Shown: one piece after another, positions 1 to 7,772 of the stretch | How positions within the stretch are numbered: position 1 is the first letter of the stretch | How the letters are laid out: each line of letters opens with the position of its first letter | Source: an uncultured archaeon | GTDB taxonomy: Archaea; Iainarchaeota; Iainarchaeia; Iainarchaeales; DATDZZ01 | Assembly (NCBI GenBank): GCA_964373795.1 | Contig: CAYJVY010000004.1 | Location: 1-32,000, forward strand | Length of the DNA: 32,000 nt | Reading direction: 5' to 3' | Translations under genes and position numbers: made by a program | Notes under the pieces: model-generated | Seen by the model: the letters and a program-made list of their open reading frames with translations, nothing else | Databases searched by the model: none | What the model was told of the DNA's origin: nothing

Positions 1-111
1 TCAGAATTTAAATGGATTTCATTACACAAAGCATTGAAATTGAAAAATAAAAAAATTACTGAATTAGTGAAAAAAGTTTTTCAAAATAAAATGTTTTAAA
101 AAAAGCCTGCT

Positions 112-861
112 TTAAGTGCCTTCAATTCTTGGAGCCAAAAAATAAGTAATACTTGCTTTTCCGATTTTGTATGAAAGCCTTACAGGAGCATTTGACTTTA
201 AATGTAAATCAATTTCATCTGAAGAAGAAGCTGCTTTAAGCATGTCACTCAAGTAATCTAATGGAAACATTGAAGTGCAATCGTTTCTTGTTTTTAATTC
301 AATTAATTCTTTGTCTTTTTTAGTTGCCTCGTTAAATAGTTCTCCTTTACTTGAATGAGCTTTAACAAAAAAAGTTTCATCTGTTACCCCTAAAGTTAAA
401 TGAGTTGAAATTAATGCTGCATCTTTTAATGCGTCTTGAATTATTCCTGCTTTTAATTTAATTTCTGCATCAAACTCTATTTTTGGATTAGGTAATTCTT
501 GACTTGAAAAATCAATTAAGGGAATTGAAAACTTTCTAGTAGAAGATCCTTTAAAAGTTAAATTCAATCTAGATTTTGCTTCATCTAATTCCATTACAAG
601 TTTTTCTTTAGGCTTTGAACGAGACATTACTTGGCTTAAATAATCTAAATCTAATCCAATTTTTGTAGGCGAATCAACTTCATATTCATGAAAAGCATTT
701 TTTGGCAATTCAAAATCCACCATTGATATCTGGCTTGGATCAGTTGCCTTTAAAACAAATCTATCTTTTTCAACTAAGAATTCAGCTTCATCAATTAATA
801 CTGAAATTGCATCCACGCATCTCTTAAAATCAGATGCATCCTCTAAAACTAGTTTAACCAT
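112..861 (-). CDS. pcn: DNA polymerase sliding clamp (PCNA)
   Basis: 249-aa acidic ORF of the right size and two-domain layout for archaeal PCNA. The C-terminal ...ITYFLAPRIE motif is typical of archaeal PCNA. TAA stop. Confidence 0.88.
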   Translation of the reverse strand: MVKLVLEDASDFKRCVDAISVLIDEAEFLVEKDRFVLKATDPSQISMVDFELPKNAFHEYEVDSPTKIGLDLDYLSQVMSRSKPKEKLVMELDEAKSRLNLTFKGSSTRKFSIPLIDFSSQELPNPKIEFDAEIKLKAGIIQDALKDAALISTHLTLGVTDETFFVKAHSSKGELFNEATKKDKELIELKTRNDCTSMFPLDYLSDMLKAASSSDEIDLHLKSNAPVRLSYKIGKASITYFLAPRIEGT

Positions 862-910
862 TTCTTTTCCCTAAATAATTTCACTGAATTAGAATTAAAA
901 AGGTTGGCAA

Positions 911-1741
911 TCAAATTCCTGAACTAAACTTGAAAAAAAATGATTGAATTATTCTAGGCAAGTCGTCAAAAAAAATTAATTTAACATGTCCAAGTAAAGG
1001 AATTGTTAGAATTGCTTTTCCATCAATTTCTTTTGCATTAACTGGCAAAGGAGAAATCTCTGTTTGCTGATCTAGTAAAGGATTTTGAGTTGAATCTCCT
1101 TTTGTAAGCAAAAACAAGCCATCTCTTGCCTTAATCTTTGCAACAACTCTATGAATTATTGGTCTATTCAAGGAATTAGAGAAATACACTACTACATCTC
1201 CTTTAGTTGTTACTGCAATTTCTTCTCCGTTATTGAAAGAAATTTTTTTGGCAACAAATTGATTGCTGTCAATTTTTCTTTCTTGAAACAATTTAATGAA
1301 TTCATTGCAAGAAGCTAATTCAGTTTTAATTGAATTATTTACTCCAATGCATTGAACTTCTGCAAAAGATGAAAGAAATGAGTTCCGCAAATTTCTGTCT
1401 AAATCTATTTGAGGAGCATTAATTTGTTCAAATGAAAGGCCTTGAAGCATTATAATGTCGCCTCTAAACATTATTGGCTCCATTGAACCAGAAAGAACTA
1501 TTACTAAAGGATTTTTTGTTGCAAGCAATACCCCTAATAAAAAAAATAATGCATAAGCGAAAATAAATGCAAAAACAATGTAAACAATGTTTGAAACAAA
1601 TTTATTTTTGTTTGGATTAACTTTAGGCATTACATATAGGTCAACATAAGTAAAAGGATCAAACCATTTAAGTTTTTCTCGAACTTTGTTTATTGGTTCA
1701 AAAAAAGATTTTTTCTGAATTAATTCTTTATTTTTTTTCAT
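911..1741 (-). CDS. Archaeal-type signal peptidase I (Sec11/S26B-like) with an enlarged segment between the catalytic boxes
   Basis: N-terminal TM helix, Ser box LSGSMEP, His box PIIHRVV, and a later TKGDS box. About 110 aa separate the Ser and His boxes, longer than I expect for this family. Confidence 0.72.
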   Translation of the reverse strand: MKKNKELIQKKSFFEPINKVREKLKWFDPFTYVDLYVMPKVNPNKNKFVSNIVYIVFAFIFAYALFFLLGVLLATKNPLVIVLSGSMEPIMFRGDIIMLQGLSFEQINAPQIDLDRNLRNSFLSSFAEVQCIGVNNSIKTELASCNEFIKLFQERKIDSNQFVAKKISFNNGEEIAVTTKGDVVVYFSNSLNRPIIHRVVAKIKARDGLFLLTKGDSTQNPLLDQQTEISPLPVNAKEIDGKAILTIPLLGHVKLIFFDDLPRIIQSFFFKFSSGI

Positions 1742-1785
1742 TTAAGTTTCACTTAATAAATATTAATTAAATTCAAGCAAAAAAG

Positions 1786-2352
1786 TTATAATTGCGTTGA
1801 CTCTCCCTTTGTTGTTCCAGAAGCAATTAAATGCGCTAGCCTTATTGGTTCAGGCAAATTTGAGTGAAGAAAAGTCTTTTTCAACAATTGCTTTGCTTCT
1901 AATTTGCTTAAACCTGTAATCTGAAAATAAATTGAATTAAATGAATGAATTTTTCCTGCTTTTTTAATTAAAGAAATTCTTTTCATTGACTGAGAAAGTT
2001 TTTGCAATGCTTGAAAAATTTTTTGCATTAAAGGCTTGCGTTTGAATACTGCTATTACAGGCAAACTAGTTTCCTTTGAAAGTTTTTCCAAGTCAACTAT
2101 ATTGAATCCAGCAAAGTTTACTCCGCTTAATAAAATGCATTTAATTTGAGGCTTGAATTTGCTTGCATTAATTAATTTAATTAATTTCTTAGTTGAATCA
2201 AAGGAATCAATTTTTATTTTAGTTGAAACGATTCCTTCAAGTCTATGATCTAGTCTGTAAACCACTCCAACTAATAAAACAAATGAATTTGATTGAGGAA
2301 TAAAAAAGCCATCATCAAATGCAACAACTGAATGACCTTTTTTAAAACTCAT
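1786..2352 (-). CDS. DUF99/UPF0215 family protein (EndoV-like fold family)
   Basis: VVAFDDGFF start, central GVNFAGFNIVD, PVIAV, and C-terminal PEPIRLAHLIA. These are motifs I associate with archaeal UPF0215/DUF99. Confidence 0.68.
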   Translation of the reverse strand: MSFKKGHSVVAFDDGFFIPQSNSFVLLVGVVYRLDHRLEGIVSTKIKIDSFDSTKKLIKLINASKFKPQIKCILLSGVNFAGFNIVDLEKLSKETSLPVIAVFKRKPLMQKIFQALQKLSQSMKRISLIKKAGKIHSFNSIYFQITGLSKLEAKQLLKKTFLHSNLPEPIRLAHLIASGTTKGESTQL

Positions 2353-2367
2353 TAAAATCAGTGCAAA

Positions 2368-2643
2368 CTATTTCATTGCTTTTTGAATTTTTTCTCTGAA
2401 TTCTTTTAAATCAGTTGAAACTTCTTCGCATGCTTCTAGTAAAACTTTTTTTGGTTCTTTGGATTTAGTTCTTAAAACAAATTCAACTTCGTTATCCATT
2501 GGATGATTTAATTTATATGAAACAAAGTCAACTTCAGAGTTTTTTAATAGCCTTGACTTTAATAAATTTGCAAAAGTATGCCTTTCTCCAATTAAGTTAA
2601 ATTCTAAAAAATTTTTTTCATTGTTTTTAATTTTTAATTCCAA
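2368..2643 (-). CDS. rpoL: DNA-directed RNA polymerase subunit L (Rpo11)
   Basis: 91 aa. GERHTFANLLKSRL and VDFVSYKLNHPM match the RpoL/Rpb11 signature (E.HT..N.L...L ... Y...HP). Confidence 0.85.
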   Translation of the reverse strand: MELKIKNNEKNFLEFNLIGERHTFANLLKSRLLKNSEVDFVSYKLNHPMDNEVEFVLRTKSKEPKKVLLEACEEVSTDLKEFREKIQKAMK

Positions 2644-2653
2644 TTTTTCACCT

Positions 2654-3229
2654 CTACTTTAAGGAATACTCATTTGAAAGAATTCTTTTCTCAATTCTTC
2701 CACAATTAATGCATTTTAGTTGCATTCCAAATAAATGTAATTGTTTTCTACATTTAGAGCAAAAAGCTTTTATTACTCCTAAATTAGGCTTTGCAGTAGT
2801 TAAATCAATTGAGTAACGAGTAACAGCTATTACTTCTGCTTTAATAATGTCTCCAATTTTTAATTCTTCATTTAATTTGCTTACAAATCTTGAACTAACT
2901 CTTGCAATTGCTAGAAAAGCGTTTGATTCAGAGCAAATTCTTTCCACGCCATTTTTTTCAGCCTTTAATAAATTAATTATAGCCATTTTTTCTTTAACTA
3001 AAACAACCACTCCAATTACAATTGAACCAATTTCAATTGGTTTAATTTGTCTTCCATTCTTGAAAACACTCACTTCTCTTTCGTTTTCATTAAAAACAAC
3101 TTTTCCAATAGTTGTTGAAGAAATATTTCCAGAGTCATCTTCAAAAGTATTTTCTCCAGGAGTAAATTCTTCCGCTGTTGAAAGAAATTGTCCAGGAAAA
3201 ACAAATTCTTCTTTATCCATGCAAATCAA
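2654..3229 (-). CDS. csl4: Exosome complex RNA-binding subunit Csl4
   Basis: N-terminal FPGQFL segment, central S1-like beta-rich region, and a C-terminal zinc ribbon CSKC...(12)...CINCG. The start may instead be the internal Met at 3220. Confidence 0.78.
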   Translation of the reverse strand: MICMDKEEFVFPGQFLSTAEEFTPGENTFEDDSGNISSTTIGKVVFNENEREVSVFKNGRQIKPIEIGSIVIGVVVLVKEKMAIINLLKAEKNGVERICSESNAFLAIARVSSRFVSKLNEELKIGDIIKAEVIAVTRYSIDLTTAKPNLGVIKAFCSKCRKQLHLFGMQLKCINCGRIEKRILSNEYSLK

Positions 3230-3323
3230 ATTAAATAGTTCTTTTAATCAGTAATACTTAATAATTTAAAAGAAACATATTTAAATTATTCACTAATGCA
3301 TTAATTTTTTTAAAGGAATTAAA

Positions 3324-4247
3324 ATGGTTTTAGAATCAATTTTTTCAGCTGAATTAATCAGAAAAAAGCCTTATATAATGATTTTAGAAGCAATAATTGT
3401 TTCATCTATTGCTTTATGGGTTAGCTATTATTTTTTTCCAACTTCAAGCAGTTTAATTCACATAGCTTTTCTAGTAATTGCTTCCATGCCCGTGCTTCAT
3501 AATGTTTTCTTGGTTGAAGAAGACGAGGAAGCTGAAAACCCTAAAAACCCTGTAGGATTTCTTAGTCGACACTTCGATTTAATTGCTATTTATGCATGGC
3601 TTTTTATTGGATTAATTATAAGTTATTCTTTTTGGCATTTCTTTTTGCCAAGTCAAACAGAAAGTTTTTGTTTTTCAGAAGGCATTTGCATTAAAATTCC
3701 TGAAAGAGAAATTGTTTTCATGGAACAAGAAAAAGTATTAAAAGAAATAGATAATTTGCGAACCTCTTTAACTGGAAACGCAGTCTTAGCAACTGAACAG
3801 CAAGATAAAACTTTTTTAAAAGCATTTAACCAAATTTTTCCAACAAATTTAATGGTGTTATTATTAGCAATTTTATTTTCCTTTATTTATGGAGCAGGAG
3901 CACTTTATTTAATTGCGTGGAATGCATCTGTTTTAGCAGTTAAAATCTCGCAAAATGCAATAATTTTATTAGAAAAAACTGGGGACGCATCTTTATCTTA
4001 TTTAACTGGATTATTTTATGGAATTGGTTTTCTTCCACACGGAGTATTTGAAATAACTGCTTTCTTTGTAGGAGCAATAGCTGGAGGAATAATTTCAGTT
4101 GCAATAACTAAAAAGACCTATAGAAAAAATGAATTTCAAACAATTGCTAAAGACGCATTAGTAATAACAATAATGGCTGTATTCTTAATCTTTATTGCAG
4201 CAGTAATAGAGTCTTATTTAATTGCAATAATTTTGTCTCCGGCTTAA
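3324..4247 (+). CDS. SpoIIM-like (DUF95) integral membrane protein
   Basis: Multi-TM ORF with the LPHGVFEITAFFVGAIAGG motif characteristic of the stage II sporulation protein M family. Contains an acidic/soluble insert. Confidence 0.6.
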   Translation: MVLESIFSAELIRKKPYIMILEAIIVSSIALWVSYYFFPTSSSLIHIAFLVIASMPVLHNVFLVEEDEEAENPKNPVGFLSRHFDLIAIYAWLFIGLIISYSFWHFFLPSQTESFCFSEGICIKIPEREIVFMEQEKVLKEIDNLRTSLTGNAVLATEQQDKTFLKAFNQIFPTNLMVLLLAILFSFIYGAGALYLIAWNASVLAVKISQNAIILLEKTGDASLSYLTGLFYGIGFLPHGVFEITAFFVGAIAGGIISVAITKKTYRKNEFQTIAKDALVITIMAVFLIFIAAVIESYLIAIILSPA

Positions 4248-4263
4248 TAAGAAATTGAATGAA

Positions 4264-5343
4264 TTAACTTACGTTATCCATTGAATCCCAGTTTTCTTGA
4301 TAATCCCAAGTGCCATCGTTTTCTGAATCAATGTAAAAATAATCCAGAGAAGTTTTACTTTTATAGTTTTCAGCTAAAAGATGTGATGGCTCTAAAGTTG
4401 GAACTAAATCTGTTGCAAGTACTCCACTAATTAATGGCTCTGTAGCTCCATCAACAAATAAACTTCCTTTTTCCTCTGCATTAATTACAAACTTAAAAGT
4501 ATGATAATCTGATTTTAAATCAATTTGTTTTTCTTCACTGTTTTTTCCAACTATTTTAACTCGTTCAGTTGCATGATTTACTTTAAACAATTTCTTTGAA
4601 GGACTATACAATAACACTGTTAAAGGAAATCCAGTTGAAGTTCCTTCTAAAATCTTTAATCTCCATTCAAATGCTTTGTTTGAAAGTTCTCCGCTTACTC
4701 CTTCAACAAATGCTAGCTTTAATCTTCTTTCTCCTTGTTGAATCTTTAAAAATCCTGCAGGCTCAAGTGAAATACTTCCATCGTTTACTGTTTTCTTCCA
4801 TTTAATTGGCTTGAATTGAGGAACAGGTTTTTCTAAAACAACATTTAATTCATCGTTTTTATCTAAAGTTTTTTCATTTGGAGAAGAATTAAATCCTTCT
4901 TTTGAAACAGTTACTGTATAAGTTCCTTCTAATAATGAAAAACTTGTTAAACCGTTTTCATCAGTTAAAGCATTATTTGAATTAACTGAAACACTTGCTC
5001 CTGAAACAACTGCATTTGCAGAATCCTTAACTGAAATCTTTAAAGTAAAAGTTTTTTTCTCTACAGGCTTTGGTTGAATGTTTTTATCTGCATTTAAGTC
5101 AACTTTTGTTTCAGCATTTACATCAACTTTTGTCTCTAAGTTTAAGTCAACTTGATTATTTTTATCTGTTACAGGTTTAACTGGCACTTGTAAGTTTTTA
5201 TCTGAAGGCTTTAAAACATTTTTATCTGCATTTCCATCTAATTTGAAAGGCAAATCTGAAAGCTTTACATTAACGCATCCTGTAAGCAGGAAAGCAATTA
5301 AAATCAATAAAATTAATTTCTTCATGGTAAACAAAAAGAGCAT
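4264..5343 (-). CDS. Secreted lipoprotein with a carboxypeptidase-regulatory-like (CarboxypepD_reg) beta-sandwich domain
   Basis: Signal peptide ending in the lipobox LLTGC. A DKN/ETKVDxN short-period repeat region lies at about 5080..5238. TLKISVKD...VSGASVSVN...TDENGLTSFSLLEGTYTVTVSKEGF is the typical CarboxypepD_reg pattern. Alternative start at 5325. Confidence 0.55.
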   Translation of the reverse strand: MLFLFTMKKLILLILIAFLLTGCVNVKLSDLPFKLDGNADKNVLKPSDKNLQVPVKPVTDKNNQVDLNLETKVDVNAETKVDLNADKNIQPKPVEKKTFTLKISVKDSANAVVSGASVSVNSNNALTDENGLTSFSLLEGTYTVTVSKEGFNSSPNEKTLDKNDELNVVLEKPVPQFKPIKWKKTVNDGSISLEPAGFLKIQQGERRLKLAFVEGVSGELSNKAFEWRLKILEGTSTGFPLTVLLYSPSKKLFKVNHATERVKIVGKNSEEKQIDLKSDYHTFKFVINAEEKGSLFVDGATEPLISGVLATDLVPTLEPSHLLAENYKSKTSLDYFYIDSENDGTWDYQENWDSMDNVS

Positions 5344-5362
5344 TTTATATAAAAACTTTACG

Positions 5363-6397
5363 TTAAGCGTTTTTTTCTACTGGTTTCTTTTTGGTTTCTT
5401 CTTTTACTACTTCAAGCAATTTTTCTGATAATTCTTTTCCAAACAATGAAGCTATTTCTTGATTGTGTTCTTTAATGAATTGCTCTGCATCAATTTTTTT
5501 CTTTTCAGGAATTGAAGTACTTGCTAGTTTGCTTGAAATACTGCTTGCAAGCCTGGATAACTCCATTGGAAAAATCATTTTAGTCGCTTTTCCTTCACTC
5601 ATTTTTTCTAAGGCTTTAATGTAATAATAAGATAATGCTTTGTCATCTAATTCTGCTGCTGCTTCTCTTACAGCCAGTATTTCTGCTTTGCTTGCCTCTG
5701 CTCTTTGAAGTCTCGCCTTTTTTTCTTGTTCTGCAGCTCTATGACCATGCATTGCATCTAAAACAGTTTTAGGAATACTAATGTCTTGAATTTGAACTTT
5801 ATCTACTTGAATTCCCCAATCCTTTGAAACAGATTCAAGTTGAGTGTAAAGAGTTTTATTTACTTCATCAACGTTTGCAATAATTTTATTTAAAGGAAAT
5901 AGTCCAACTACATCTCTGATTGCAGCTACAATGTATTTTTTTGAAGCCTCTTTATAGTCTTGAATATTTAAAACAGATGCTTTAACTGAATCAGGATTAG
6001 AGCCAACTTTCATAAAAATTAATGCATCAACTTTTATTTCAATGTTTTCAGTTGTTAAAATATTTTGAGGAGGAACATCAATTGTTTGCACTCTTAAATC
6101 CACTTTTTTAAAGGTTTCAATAAAAGGAATCATAAAAAACCATCCAGGCCCTGAAACCCTATTAAATCTCCCAAAACGCATTACAACTGCTCTTTCATAT
6201 GCCTCTAACTGAATTAACACATCATAGAAATAGAAAACTAATACAATTAGAATTGCTGCAGCAATTAAAGCAAAATAGTTAATGAAAAATTCTTTAAAAG
6301 AAATAAATGCATAAACAGCTAACAAAATCAATGCAATTATTACAATGAAAATCATTTTCTTCATTTGATTTGTTTTAATAGTTGTTTTTCCAGTCAT
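5363..6397 (-). CDS. SPFH/band-7 (stomatin/prohibitin-like) membrane protein
   Basis: N-terminal TM helices, then a YERAVVMRFGRF...GPGWFFMIPFIE...VDLR SPFH core, followed by an Ala/Glu-rich coiled coil. Confidence 0.85.
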   Translation of the reverse strand: MTGKTTIKTNQMKKMIFIVIIALILLAVYAFISFKEFFINYFALIAAAILIVLVFYFYDVLIQLEAYERAVVMRFGRFNRVSGPGWFFMIPFIETFKKVDLRVQTIDVPPQNILTTENIEIKVDALIFMKVGSNPDSVKASVLNIQDYKEASKKYIVAAIRDVVGLFPLNKIIANVDEVNKTLYTQLESVSKDWGIQVDKVQIQDISIPKTVLDAMHGHRAAEQEKKARLQRAEASKAEILAVREAAAELDDKALSYYYIKALEKMSEGKATKMIFPMELSRLASSISSKLASTSIPEKKKIDAEQFIKEHNQEIASLFGKELSEKLLEVVKEETKKKPVEKNA

Positions 6398-6425
6398 TTA
6401 AAACTCACAATCCATTTTTCCAACA

Positions 6426-6492
6426 ACGCTTCGCACACGCCGCGTGATTCATATACGCCGGGTTTCGCGCTCGCCAAGCGTGACGGCGTAGA
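6426..6492 (+). ncRNA. Candidate small structured RNA with a K-turn (box C/D-like) closing motif
   Basis: By hand count, 42 of 67 nt are G/C, inside an AT-rich divergent spacer. ACGCCG (6437-6442) pairs with CGGCGT (6484-6489). This stem is followed by CGU-GAUU on one strand and preceded by GUGA on the other, which is the arrangement needed for tandem sheared G.A pairs. TTTAAAA lies about 25 nt upstream. Confidence 0.3.
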
Positions 6493-6497
6493 GATAA

Positions 6498-6530
6498 ATT
6501 AATATAATTAGATACTTATTAATATAATTA
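6498..6530 (+). promoter_or_regulatory. Duplicated ATTAATATAATTA box (TATA-like) directly upstream of the DUF373 gene
   Basis: An exact 13-nt direct repeat occurs at 6498-6510 and 6518-6530. The second copy abuts the ATG at 6531, and the first is at TATA-box distance for a leaderless transcript. Confidence 0.3.
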
Positions 6531-7772
6531 ATGGCTGTTAAGACAGGAAATGTATTAGTTTTATGCATTGACAGAGACAATGATTTGGGTAGAAAAGCCA
6601 AGGTTCAAGGCCCAATAATTGGAATAGAAGCAAATATTGATGCAGTAATAAAGTTAGGAATAGCTGATCCAACTGATTCAGATACTAATGCAATTCTTGC
6701 TGCTTTAAAAAAATTTAATGAAGCAAAAAAGTTGTATAAAAACGTTGAAATAGCTACTTTAACTGGCAAGGAAAATGTTAAAGTTTTTGCAACTGAGGCA
6801 GACAAAATTTTAAGCGAACAACTTGATAAGGTTTTGGAAAGGTTTCCAGCTGACTCATTTATTTTTGTTTCAGATGGAGCAGAAGATGATGCAGTTCTTC
6901 CAATTATTACTTCTAGAATTAAGAAAATTAATTCAAAAGAAATAGTCATAGTTAAACAAGCAAAGCAAGTTGAATCAACTTTTTACACAATTAAAGAAGT
7001 ATTAAAAGATCCTTTAGTTGCAAAAATTGTTTTCGGCATTCCTGGAATAATTTTGTTAATAATTCTTGCTTTAGGGTCAATTGGAACTCAAGTAGTTTTA
7101 GGAGCACTAGGAATTTTTTTGCTTTTATATGGATTTGGATTACTTGAATGGAGTGTGAAAACATTTAATGACTTGGTTACCCCTATTTCAACTCAAAGAG
7201 TTAGCTTTGTTTTCTACATTGGAGCATTTTTAATATTCTTTTTTGGAATTTTTTCAGCAATAATTACTTTTAATCAAAAAGCTGGACAAGAAGAATTAAT
7301 TAGAGGAATTGAATCAGTTTTTCAAATGCTTTTGTTTATGATGATTTCAAATATTTCAATAAATATTGCTAAATCCATTGACGGCGTTTATTTGAAAAAA
7401 GCCTTTAAATTAGGGTATTTTTTTAGATCAGCTTTTGCAGGAATATTAATTTACGTTATACTTGATTCAGGAAAACAAGTTTTCTTAGCAAATGCTGACT
7501 TAAACTTATTTGTTTTAACTTTAATTGGATCAGCAATAACTTTTGTAATTGCCGATCAAGTTGCAAAAGTAATTGATGTAAGAGGAAAAATAACTAAATT
7601 ATTAATTGGCTTGCCTGTTTATTCAAGTGAGGGAAACTGGATTGGAAAAGTTAATTCAATTAATAGTGAAAAAGAATTAATTGAAATCAAGGAAATTAAG
7701 TCAAAAAAATTATTAAAGTTAAAGAAAAACCAGTTTTTATTCAAAGAAGGAAGCCTTTTTTTAACTGTTTAA
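6531..7772 (+). CDS. DUF373 family membrane protein
   Basis: N-terminal VLVLCIDRDNDLGRKAKVQGPIIG...LGIADPTDSDTNAI is the signature I associate with archaeal DUF373. It is followed by about 6 TM helices and a small C-terminal soluble domain. Confidence 0.68.
   Translation: MAVKTGNVLVLCIDRDNDLGRKAKVQGPIIGIEANIDAVIKLGIADPTDSDTNAILAALKKFNEAKKLYKNVEIATLTGKENVKVFATEADKILSEQLDKVLERFPADSFIFVSDGAEDDAVLPIITSRIKKINSKEIVIVKQAKQVESTFYTIKEVLKDPLVAKIVFGIPGIILLIILALGSIGTQVVLGALGIFLLLYGFGLLEWSVKTFNDLVTPISTQRVSFVFYIGAFLIFFFGIFSAIITFNQKAGQEELIRGIESVFQMLLFMMISNISINIAKSIDGVYLKKAFKLGYFFRSAFAGILIYVILDSGKQVFLANADLNLFVLTLIGSAITFVIADQVAKVIDVRGKITKLLIGLPVYSSEGNWIGKVNSINSEKELIEIKEIKSKKLLKLKKNQFLFKEGSLFLTV

Noticed and set aside
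6426-6492. tRNA or canonical box C/D guide RNA call for the small GC-rich element
   Set aside because: No cloverleaf or T-loop (GTTCRANYC) can be drawn. The 29-nt interior between the C-like and D-like boxes is too short for D'/C' boxes plus two ~12-nt guides. It is kept only as a K-turn candidate.
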